This document shows, one piece after another, positions 18,505-25,999 of a stretch of 64,000 bases of DNA. The stretch lies in the IMG/VR virus record IMGVR_UViG_3300025121_000282, positions 186,001 through 250,000 of that record, one strand, 5' to 3'. The notes beneath the pieces were generated by a model. That model saw only the letters and a list, made by a program, of their open reading frames with translations, ran no database searches and was not told where the DNA came from. The first letter of the stretch is position 1. Each line of letters begins with the position of its first letter. The translations under genes and the position numbers were made by a program.

Positions 18505-18975
18505 ATGACCACCAAGTCCACCAAGTCCACCACCAAGTCCCCCCGCGCTCCCAAGATCGTCGTCGAGAAGCTGGACGCCCTGGGCTTCCCGATTCCCGCC
18601 GCTGCGCAGGAGCCGGTCATCGTCCCGGTCGAAGAGACCAATCCGGGCGCGACCGGGGTCGCGCCCGTCGTCGTCGTCAAGGCGGTCCGAGTCGTCCCCG
18701 AGGCCCCGCTCTGCCTCTGCGGGTGCCTGACCCAGACCAGCCACCACACCCGGACCTTCCGCCAGGGCCACGACGCCCGGCTGGTGGGGATGTTCCGCAA
18801 GGCGCCCGAGGGCCTCTCGGAGGCGCAGGTCGCGGCGGCCACCCAGATCATCAACCGGAAGCTCCAGAGCGCCGCCGCGAAGCTCCCGGCCGCCTCCAAG
18901 CCCATCCTGGAGGCCGCTCCTGCAGAGCAGAACGAGACCACCAGCGACGAGGCCGCTGCTTCCAACGTGGGCTGA
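18505..18975 (+). CDS. family A (CLCGC...GHDAR) protein, copy 2
   Basis: Paralogy; motif at 18439; AGGAG RBS. Confidence 0.88.
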   Translation: MTTKSTKSTTKSPRAPKIVVEKLDALGFPIPAAAQEPVIVPVEETNPGATGVAPVVVVKAVRVVPEAPLCLCGCLTQTSHHTRTFRQGHDARLVGMFRKAPEGLSEAQVAAATQIINRKLQSAAAKLPAASKPILEAAPAEQNETTSDEAAASNVG

Positions 18976-18982
18976 TCGGCCT

Positions 18983-19007
18983 TTCGCCTCCCGGACGGAG
19001 CGGTCAA
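18983..19007 (-). promoter_or_regulatory. antisense promoter motif TTGAC-N15-GCGAA pointing into 18505..18975
   Basis: Exact motif on the - strand just after the stop codon. Confidence 0.65.
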
Positions 19008-19066
19008 TCTTTGGGTGTCCGAGCCCGGGATTGACCGCCCAAGGACCGAGGTGAATCATCCCGAGA

Positions 19067-19231
19067 TTGGCTGTTCAGAAATCGGTTCGAAACATTGAGG
19101 ATTGGCAACCACCCGGTACGTTCCGGGAAAGGGGTCAATCTTTAGGAGGTGGTTTGTCAGGACCACCAACCCAGCACATAGGCTGACACCTTTTGTGATT
19201 GGGTGCTTCGGACCGGTTTCTGAACAGCCAA
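19067..19231 (+). ncRNA. candidate structured ncRNA 1 (25-bp closing helix, multibranch core)
   Basis: 19067-19091 pairs with 19207-19231, its only non-Watson-Crick pairs being two G-U; own motif at 19031; no ORF. Confidence 0.7.
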
Positions 19232-19269
19232 ATGAGGATTGACCGCTCTGGTCTCCGAGGCGAAGAGTT

Positions 19270-19340
19270 ATGTGGGGGTACCAATCGGCCCTAGAGGCCG
19301 GGGTCCACTGATACGTAATTCAGTATTGGTACCCCCACAT
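19270..19340 (+). ncRNA. candidate ncRNA 2 (three-way junction)
   Basis: Perfect 16-bp stem 19270-19285/19325-19340 enclosing CGGCC/GGCCG and ACTGA/TCAGT hairpins; motif at 19239. Confidence 0.65.
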
Positions 19341-19378
19341 TGTCAATTGACGAGAGTCACCCTCAGGTGAAGTGTCCT

Positions 19379-19553
19379 GGAAGAGAGGACAATCCAAGCC
19401 CCCGAGCCGTGTGGCCCGCCCGACTCCGCGGTAAGGCCTGCCACCCGCTTTGGGACTCAAGGGGCCTCTCTTCCCTTTTCAACTACACCCTCATTGGTCC
19501 TTTTCAAGAGACTGGTGGGGGCGCAGTCGTATTTGGGGTTCGAAAAGGACCAA
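19379..19553 (+). ncRNA. candidate ncRNA 3 (two stem domains)
   Basis: 10-bp stem 19379-19388/19465-19474 and 12-bp stem 19494-19505/19542-19553; motif at 19347. Confidence 0.6.
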
Positions 19554-19609
19554 AACCTGGATTGACCGATTTTGTTTCCATGCGAAGAAAGACAAGGAGG
19601 AACTCAAAA

Positions 19610-19843
19610 ATGTCCAGATTCAAACCCTCGGTTTCGCAGCTGATGGAGGTCCAGCACCGGGTGGACACTCAGAATCCGTCGCAAGTGGCACTCTTCTGCC
19701 GGGTGATTGGTGCCTCGATGCTTGCCAATGCTGCTGCCTCGATTCCCTCCGTCTGGAGAGCGGCTCGGGCCCAGTTGGCCATTGAGGCCGCCACGCTCAA
19801 TGTGGTCTTGGGCATCGACCTCGAAGTGGTTTGGTGCGATTGA
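19610..19843 (+). CDS. hypothetical protein
   Basis: AAGGAGG RBS; stop inside TTGAC at 19840. Confidence 0.8.
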   Translation: MSRFKPSVSQLMEVQHRVDTQNPSQVALFCRVIGASMLANAAASIPSVWRAARAQLAIEAATLNVVLGIDLEVVWCD

Positions 19844-19900
19844 CTGATTTCGTTTCCATGTGAAGAACGACACACAATCGACAGGGAGGGGCTAAAAAAG

Positions 19901-20173
19901 ATGGCACGCTTCTACGTTCAGGCGAGTGAGTACGAGTTGATTGCGTCCCTGGACGTGGTTGTGGCCGACACCTACGAGGCCATCCAACACTTTAACCGGC
20001 ACTTCAAGGGACGGGTTGGCGGGTGGAAAGACGTGAAGAGTTCCACCCACATCGTGATCAACCTTGACAACCCCAAAGAGCACTGGTTGGGAACCGACTC
20101 CTTCAAGCGCATCTGCACCGGGTGGCGCGAAGGTCGAGAATACTGGTCGGGTCCACACTCAATCGAGTATTAA
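19901..20173 (+). CDS. hypothetical protein
   Basis: GGGAGG RBS; stop inside TTAAC at 20170. Confidence 0.8.
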   Translation: MARFYVQASEYELIASLDVVVADTYEAIQHFNRHFKGRVGGWKDVKSSTHIVINLDNPKEHWLGTDSFKRICTGWREGREYWSGPHSIEY

Positions 20174-20236
20174 CCGGTTCCATCTTCAGCTGAAAGAGAC
20201 TACGAGACACCGAACCAACTGAAAGGGGGATTCCAA

Positions 20237-20689
20237 ATGCTCAGCGAAGACCGACTCGAAGTTCTCGACCTCTACGGCTTCGGATGGAATCGCTTCTTTC
20301 AGACGGTCCACGAGCCGGACCCGGAAGTGAAGCGGTCCATGATCGGCGATGTGCTTCTCATGTGGGAGTTCGACAAGACAGGAGCCGAGTACCACTGGTA
20401 CGACCTGTTCACACGCCTCCGCCGAGACGAGCATGCGATCATCCTGGAGCAGCTGTTGGTCTTCATCGACCAGGGGTTCGTCCTCGGACCGTTCGCAGAC
20501 GACACCATCACCATCAACCCGGAAAAGCAGGAAGAACTGATGCTTTTCGTGGGTATGTGGCCGGAGGGTTTCGAGGCACCCGAGGGTGTGGAAGTTCTTC
20601 GCCTGACGGAAGAGGCCAAGGACATTCTCGAAACAGAGGGCGGAGAAGAGTACCTCATCGAGCAGGCGGTCAAAGCACTCAAGGATTGA
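20237..20689 (+). CDS. acidic hypothetical protein
   Basis: Stop inside TTGAC at 20686. Confidence 0.8.
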   Translation: MLSEDRLEVLDLYGFGWNRFFQTVHEPDPEVKRSMIGDVLLMWEFDKTGAEYHWYDLFTRLRRDEHAIILEQLLVFIDQGFVLGPFADDTITINPEKQEELMLFVGMWPEGFEAPEGVEVLRLTEEAKDILETEGGEEYLIEQAVKALKD

Positions 20690-20759
20690 CCGGCCTCTCC
20701 TTCGGGTGAAGGAACTAAGAGAGCACTTTCGCTCTCCTTTTCCAGCCCAGGAGGTCATA

Positions 20760-21065
20760 ATGTCCCGCATCGACGCCGAATTCAAGTCCGTTGTCGCTTT
20801 CGCCAGTTACAAGCTCGACAACGACGACCCCACCTTCACGGGTGCCGATTTGCAAACCCTCAACCGGGTGACGCTGACATCGGTCCCGAACATCAAGCTC
20901 CAATTGCTCGAACTTGGCCTGACCCAGGCCATTCCCGAAAAGGCCTCCGTGGTCCGAGGGTTCACCGCGAACTCGCACGACCGGTGGGCCGGCAACCCCT
21001 GCGCGGGTGGGTCGGGTGGGTCGTCGATCCAGAAGTTCGCAGGGAATGCGGCCGGCTGGAATTGA
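20760..21065 (+). CDS. hypothetical protein
   Basis: AGGAGG RBS; stop inside TTGAC at 21062. Confidence 0.8.
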   Translation: MSRIDAEFKSVVAFASYKLDNDDPTFTGADLQTLNRVTLTSVPNIKLQLLELGLTQAIPEKASVVRGFTANSHDRWAGNPCAGGSGGSSIQKFAGNAAGWN

Positions 21066-21117
21066 CCTGAAGTCCTGTGGGGCGAAAGTCCACACACCAA
21101 ACCAGGGAGTTTTCAGT

Positions 21118-21387
21118 ATGTCGCGAGGCAACTCACAAGTCAATCGAAACTACGAATGCGCCACAAAGATGGCCGAGTGTGCTGATTTCGTGGTTGAGCA
21201 CTTGGGCTCACACGCACACTTTCAGGTGCGATGGGGGCAATTCTGGGCGACGGTCCGCCTCGACAGAAATGGGGATGTCTCGTGCGGGAGTTTCAATCGA
21301 AACTTTTCGCCTTGGGGCTCATCCGCCTCTGTTTTTTCCGAATTGCTGAGACAGTGGAAGTCCGAGGGTGAACCCAAGGCTGATTGA
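21118..21387 (+). CDS. hypothetical protein
   Basis: GGGAG RBS; stop inside TTGAC at 21384. Confidence 0.75.
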   Translation: MSRGNSQVNRNYECATKMAECADFVVEHLGSHAHFQVRWGQFWATVRLDRNGDVSCGSFNRNFSPWGSSASVFSELLRQWKSEGEPKAD

Positions 21388-21447
21388 CCCGTTTCCATTT
21401 CGGACGAAAAGACTACGAGACACCAGCCAACAAAGGAGTAGTTTCCA

Positions 21448-21726
21448 ATGTCCCCACCCTTTCTGATCGATTTTCAGGCCATGCAAGACCACCTGAACTC
21501 AAGGGAGATGGTACTCGCTGCCTGTTCCATCAATCGGGGTCAGCACGCAGGACAGCGGCTACGGCTCGTGGCGCGTTTCCTGGTGGAAGACCCCGGTGAT
21601 AAGGACACGATTTTCTACTATGTCACCCGCACGTTCCAGGGTGATAAGGTGTACGAGGATGGGCCAAGCCCACGTCTGGCTCTCTCGGTGTCGCTGTTCA
21701 ACAGCATCTCCCTGGGCGAAGGTTGA
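21448..21726 (+). CDS. hypothetical protein
   Basis: AAGGAG RBS; stop inside TTGAC at 21723. Confidence 0.8.
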   Translation: MSPPFLIDFQAMQDHLNSREMVLAACSINRGQHAGQRLRLVARFLVEDPGDKDTIFYYVTRTFQGDKVYEDGPSPRLALSVSLFNSISLGEG

Positions 21727-21777
21727 CCCGCCTCGTTTCCATGTGAAGACCAGCACACAATCAAGGAGGAAACAGTA

Positions 21778-22035
21778 ATGACTCTGGCCAACGACCCCCG
21801 CCGGTGGGGCGGGATTTGCAAGTGGGATGGAACTTCGGCTCCCACGGTGACCGTCCAACCCCGGCTCCTGGATCTCCAAGGGTACGACTCGAACGGTCAG
21901 TACTTCGGGCGCGGTCTCCCCCTCTACTGCGTCACAGACGAAGAGGGGGACATGAACTTCTTCGTTCGTGCGGAGGGCATGGACCACGCCCGAGAGTTGG
22001 TTCTGGAGCGGGTTCCCACCTGTCAGTTCGCCTAA
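21778..22035 (+). CDS. hypothetical protein (LDxxGYDxxGxYFGxG)
   Basis: AAGGAGG RBS; motif at 21723. Confidence 0.8.
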   Translation: MTLANDPRRWGGICKWDGTSAPTVTVQPRLLDLQGYDSNGQYFGRGLPLYCVTDEEGDMNFFVRAEGMDHARELVLERVPTCQFA

Positions 22036-22098
22036 GTGGGAATTGACTGAGGTCCGTTTCCACCTGAATTGTGACACACTGAGAAATGGAGACTGAAA

Positions 22099-22323
22099 GT
22101 GGCCAACGTTCCCTACAAGTTTCGTGGTCTTCCCTGCAACATCACGACCGACGACAAGCTCTGGTGCATCGTCGGTCGCTTCGTCAATGAACGGGGTTGC
22201 GGTGGGGGCGCCTTGGAGTGGTGCTACGATGAGCAGGACGCCTCGGCTGTTCTGGCTCAGATGGTTCAGGACAGCCAGTTTCGAAACCTGCAAGCCATCA
22301 CGTATAAGCAGTTCTGCGCTTAA
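22099..22323 (+). CDS. hypothetical protein
   Basis: GGAG RBS; stop inside TTAAC at 22320. Confidence 0.75.
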   Translation: MANVPYKFRGLPCNITTDDKLWCIVGRFVNERGCGGGALEWCYDEQDASAVLAQMVQDSQFRNLQAITYKQFCA

Positions 22324-22373
22324 CCCACGCCGTTTCCATGTGAACAGTCACGCACTGGAAAAGGAGACCGAAA

Positions 22374-22514
22374 ATGGTAAAGAATCTCATCATCGGTCTC
22401 CTGCTCGTTGCCTTCGTGGCACGGGCAAACCCAGAAAAGGTGGCTCATCTGAGCAAGATGGCCACGACTGGAGTCACCTACCTGGAGAAACAGGTCGGGT
22501 TCAAATTCTGGTGA
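22374..22514 (+). CDS. 46-aa membrane-anchored/secreted peptide
   Basis: AAGGAG RBS; MVKNLIIGLLLVAFVARA hydrophobic N-terminus. Confidence 0.65.
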   Translation: MVKNLIIGLLLVAFVARANPEKVAHLSKMATTGVTYLEKQVGFKFW

Positions 22515-22562
22515 ATTGACCGCACCACAATTCGGACGAAGAGTGTTGTAGGAGACACCCCC

Positions 22563-22868
22563 ATGTACAAGAGTTTGGCAGAGTTTCTAGCCTCAACGAA
22601 TTTGCTGGAGAGGTTGACCAACATCGACAGGGCCCTGAATGTAAACGGGGCCCTGTGCAACCACCATGACGGTGTGGTCTTCAAAATCAACTTCGGCCCC
22701 TATACGGCGAGTTGCATGTGGCTGGATACCGTGTCGGACAACACCTGGAATGTCCAACTCTCCTACCTGGATTCAGACCACAAATACCACCCGTTCGGTG
22801 GCAGCGTTTCAACCTCTGAGTTCAAGATCGTAAAGGGTGTAGCCGAGATCTGCGGACTCGGCAATTGA
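22563..22868 (+). CDS. hypothetical protein
   Basis: AGGAG RBS; stop inside TTGAC at 22865. Confidence 0.8.
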   Translation: MYKSLAEFLASTNLLERLTNIDRALNVNGALCNHHDGVVFKINFGPYTASCMWLDTVSDNTWNVQLSYLDSDHKYHPFGGSVSTSEFKIVKGVAEICGLGN

Positions 22869-23245
22869 CGGGGTCTTCTCCGGGTGAAGAGTCCCCGAGG
22901 CGCTTTTGCCTCCCTTGTCCTCTGGGGGTTTTAACCATGCCTTCTTCCGATCTCTCCTTTTCCTTTTCCGGCCGTCCCTACCGCGCCCGCCTTCTCTCCG
23001 AGCCCGGCAAGGGTGACGCGCTGGTCTTCGGTCTCAGCCTCAACCCGAAACTGGACAAGGTCTGGGTTCTGGTGCAACGTGACGGCGCGTGGGTGCGCCC
23101 CACGGGTGAAAAGCCCTCGGCTCTGGGGCGGGCCGCAGTCGCAGCGATCGGTTGATCGGCGTTTCCGATTGACGGGGTCTTCTCCGGGTGAAGAGTCCCC
23201 GAGGCGCTTTTGCCTCCCTTGTCCTCTGGGGGTTTTAACCATGCC
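22864..23245 (+). repeat. 78-bp exact direct repeat (22864-22941, 23168-23245) comprising promoter, leader and ATG
   Basis: Read directly base for base. Confidence 0.95.
22937..23155 (+). CDS. hypothetical protein (MPSSDLSF)
   Basis: ATG inside repeat copy 1. Confidence 0.7.
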   Translation: MPSSDLSFSFSGRPYRARLLSEPGKGDALVFGLSLNPKLDKVWVLVQRDGAWVRPTGEKPSALGRAAVAAIG

Positions 23246-23540
23246 CGCCGCTGCCGCCCTTGCCCTCGACACGTTCCAGGCCAACCACGCGAATGACGAC
23301 CTTTGGGACGTCATGACGTTTGCTGATATGGTGGAAAACTGGCACCTTTCGACCCCCGAAGAAGAGTGCTTCAAAGCGGCTCTGGAGTTGGAGGGGCTCG
23401 GCCTCCTCACCGTCAGTACCGGATTTCTGTGCTACTCGGTCGAACTGACGGGCCTTGGGCGAGAGGCCTCCCAGATCTTCCACCAGCGGTTTTTGGACCG
23501 CGTGAAGGCCCAGAACCCGGACTTCGATGGCGTATGGTAA
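23241..23540 (+). CDS. hypothetical protein (MPAAAALA)
   Basis: ATG inside repeat copy 2. Confidence 0.75.
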   Translation: MPAAAALALDTFQANHANDDLWDVMTFADMVENWHLSTPEEECFKAALELEGLGLLTVSTGFLCYSVELTGLGREASQIFHQRFLDRVKAQNPDFDGVW

Positions 23541-23592
23541 GGGATTGACTGAAATCTGTTTCCATGTGAATTGTGACAAGGAGGAACTCAAA

Positions 23593-23820
23593 ATGGAAAC
23601 AGAAATCCTGACCCAGTGGTTCAACGAGGAAAGCGGCAATCACTGGATCGTGGTGGAAGACGCCATTGGGAAGTTTCTTCACAAGGGAAAACGGGTGGCA
23701 CTGCTGGCGGTCAGCGGTGATGTGGACAACACCTTCGTACTGAAGTGGGTTGTCGACCCCTGCTGGACGACGGAAGAGGAAGAATCGGCACTGTCAGTGC
23801 TTGGAGTTGCAGCCCGCTGA
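23593..23820 (+). CDS. hypothetical protein
   Basis: GAGGA RBS; motif at 23545. Confidence 0.75.
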   Translation: METEILTQWFNEESGNHWIVVEDAIGKFLHKGKRVALLAVSGDVDNTFVLKWVVDPCWTTEEEESALSVLGVAAR

Positions 23821-23865
23821 ATCGATTCAGCGGGATTGACCGCAGTTTTTTCGTGTGAATTACAA

Positions 23866-24050
23866 TGTACCGGGGCGACCTCCGAAGGGCCACTTAGCTC
23901 TTAAACATGTGCCTACGCCCCAAAGTGCTATGCGGTAGGGTGCATGCAATAGTCGTCAATGGTGTCTGGCGTAAGTGTGCTGCGGGGTCGGGTCAATGTT
24001 CGACCGTAAGACCGTCTGAAGCACACAGACACCGTTCCTTTTAAAGCTGG
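23866..24050 (+). ncRNA. candidate structured ncRNA 4
   Basis: Motif at 23836 followed by no ORF; nested stems 23961-67/24027-33, 23975-81/24020-26, 23986-90/24001-05 and 23906-16/23935-46. Confidence 0.55.
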
Positions 24051-24051
24051 A

Positions 24052-24090
24052 CCCCCCCCCTGCAATAATGGCTGCGGGCGGGGATAGATG
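24052..24090. repeat. C9 tract plus hairpin element copy 3
   Basis: GCAATAATGGCTGCGGGCGGGATAGATGT at 24062-24090. Confidence 0.85.
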
Positions 24091-24318
24091 TGTCAAACGT
24101 GTGGACACCTGCTACGCCTGTCAACGCGTCCACGCTGCATCCGCACAACCCACTCAGACGTACCCCCACGGGAGACATTCGAGCCGCACAATCCATTGTA
24201 ACCCGTTTCCACATAATAGTAAGTTGTGGTGGGTGGCAGGTTGTCCGAGGCATTTGAAAACTCACTGTTGAATCTTCCACCTGAGATTGACCCGTTTCCA
24301 TCTCGGGTGAAAAACAAC

Positions 24319-24714
24319 ATGGAAACAACATGGACCAATGAAGACGCAGCCGAAGCAGGACGAGCCTACCAAGGAGCCAACGACCCGGATTGGCAGGCAC
24401 CTGACCTGGACTGGCGGTACGAACCTGCTTTTCCAGTTGAAAAACTCATCCCGCTGATGCCGAGTGGGTTCAACGGCTGGAATTCGTGGCTGCTGGACGA
24501 GCGGCAGTGGGACGAGTCTGGAGGTACCAGTCGATGGGGCGACGAATTCACCGAGTGGTGGAAGCAACAGTCCGAGGATGAGCCCGTGGTCCTCGTGGAA
24601 TCGCACGATGGGTCCAAAATCCTTGGGATCTGGGATGGGTGGCCCCGGTCTGCGGTTTCCATCACCTCAAGGTTGCCGACCCTACCTGCCTTTGTGGGTC
24701 GGGCCAGACAATGA
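24319..24714 (+). CDS. possible degenerate ParB/Srx-like domain protein; probably leaderless
   Basis: EPVVLVE...IWDGWPR resembles the ParB DGxHR motif with H replaced by P; ATG 8 nt after GTGAA. Confidence 0.6.
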   Translation: METTWTNEDAAEAGRAYQGANDPDWQAPDLDWRYEPAFPVEKLIPLMPSGFNGWNSWLLDERQWDESGGTSRWGDEFTEWWKQQSEDEPVVLVESHDGSKILGIWDGWPRSAVSITSRLPTLPAFVGRARQ

Positions 24715-24806
24715 TTCAGCCATAACTCCCTGGTGACAAGTTGCAATTGACCGAACTTTCGTTCAGGCGAAAGTTCTGGAGAGACAACCAACCACGAAGA
24801 TTCCAA

Positions 24807-25025
24807 ATGACCCTCCCCATCACGATTTTCGTTGTCACGACCGCCTCGTCCATTGACGAAAACACACCGAACCCGAAGGTGATGGTGGGACACCTCTCCG
24901 AAGGCGAAATCTGGAACCAGTTCACCGAGCTCCTGGGTGGGTCTGACTGCGAACTCATCCAGGAGAGCGAAACCCGCTGGACCGGCGTCGTGGGAGACCG
25001 GACGGTCTTCGCCTTCCACGCCTGA
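24807..25025 (+). CDS. hypothetical protein
   Basis: Motif at 24747. Confidence 0.7.
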   Translation: MTLPITIFVVTTASSIDENTPNPKVMVGHLSEGEIWNQFTELLGGSDCELIQESETRWTGVVGDRTVFAFHA

Positions 25026-25085
25026 ACGATTGACGGGCTTTGTTTCTGTCTGACGAACACCACACCAACAAGGGAGACTTCGAAA

Positions 25086-25304
25086 ATGACTCGCGAAACC
25101 GTCACCAAGTGCATTGCCTTCATTTACATCTGCCTTTGCACCATTGGCCTCGGCGCCATGGCGGGCCTGCAGGAGCGGCAGTTCAGCGGGGCATGGTGGG
25201 TGCTCAGTCTCCTGATGGCCGCGGTCGTGGCGGTCATGGGCCTCATGGCCACCGTCTGCGAGCGCAAGCACCTGGGTTGGCGAATCTGGGTCGAAGAGTG
25301 CTGA
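25086..25304 (+). CDS. two-TM membrane protein
   Basis: GGGAG RBS; two hydrophobic segments. Confidence 0.75.
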   Translation: MTRETVTKCIAFIYICLCTIGLGAMAGLQERQFSGAWWVLSLLMAAVVAVMGLMATVCERKHLGWRIWVEEC

Positions 25305-25364
25305 TTGACGGAGCCTCCTGAGGGGCGAAGAGTCCCAGACCAACAACCAAGAGGAGACCGCACG

Positions 25365-25709
25365 ATGCCATTCCCCACCCCCCAGATCGAAGCTGCCACT
25401 CCCACCCCCTGCTCCGCCTTTCGGGCGTGGGCTGTCTACGCCGACTTCGACGGCAATGCGCCTGACACCAAGGACCTCGTCCTTTGCGCCTCCGAACCGC
25501 TGGCGCAAGCGGCGGCAGAGTTCCTCGCGTGGGCTGCCGACGAGCAGCAGGCGAACTGTTACAATGGCGCTGACTGCGACCCTGATGCCGATGGTGTTGC
25601 CGTCCCATCGGTCGACGAAGCGAATCGCGCGAGGAATTTCGTGGTCCGCGAGACCGTGGCCTCTCGGGTCTGCACGACCTGGGACGAGGTGTTGGCCGAC
25701 CTTCGCTAA
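25365..25709 (+). CDS. hypothetical protein
   Basis: GAGGAG RBS; motif at 25305. Confidence 0.75.
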   Translation: MPFPTPQIEAATPTPCSAFRAWAVYADFDGNAPDTKDLVLCASEPLAQAAAEFLAWAADEQQANCYNGADCDPDADGVAVPSVDEANRARNFVVRETVASRVCTTWDEVLADLR

Positions 25710-25716
25710 CCTGACC

Positions 25717-25741
25717 TTCGTCCTCGACTGAGAGTCGTCAA
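25717..25741 (-). promoter_or_regulatory. antisense promoter motif TTGAC-N15-ACGAA pointing into 25365..25709
   Basis: Exact motif on the - strand just after the stop codon. Confidence 0.65.
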
Positions 25742-25999
25742 GCTGTGCCCAGTCTGCCGAGAGGTGGCCTGGGCACAGCCGTACCTGAGTTCTGAGAGAT
25801 TCGTCCTCACAGGCATCCGGCTCTTCGGGCTGATTGGCCGATTGACGGAGGGTCGCAGCGGGTGAAAAAGGATAAGAGGACGAGATAGTTTCGTTTCGGT
25901 CCTCCTGCCCCGGTCCCCCGACTAAGGATTGACGGACCCGGGGCCGAGACGAAGAATCCCAGAGACAGCGAATCAACCCAAGACGAAGGAGATCATCCC

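Noticed and set aside
19270-19340. RNA2 as a hammerhead ribozyme
   Set aside because: It is a three-way junction but lacks the CUGAnGA/GAAA core (it has CUGAUACG inside a stem-loop).
23872-24050. tmRNA (5' GGGGCG start)
   Set aside because: No matching acceptor 3' strand, T-loop or CCA end, and it is too short.
24366-25976. 536-aa minus-strand ORF
   Set aside because: Antisense to four well-supported + strand cassettes, with low-complexity translation and no motif.
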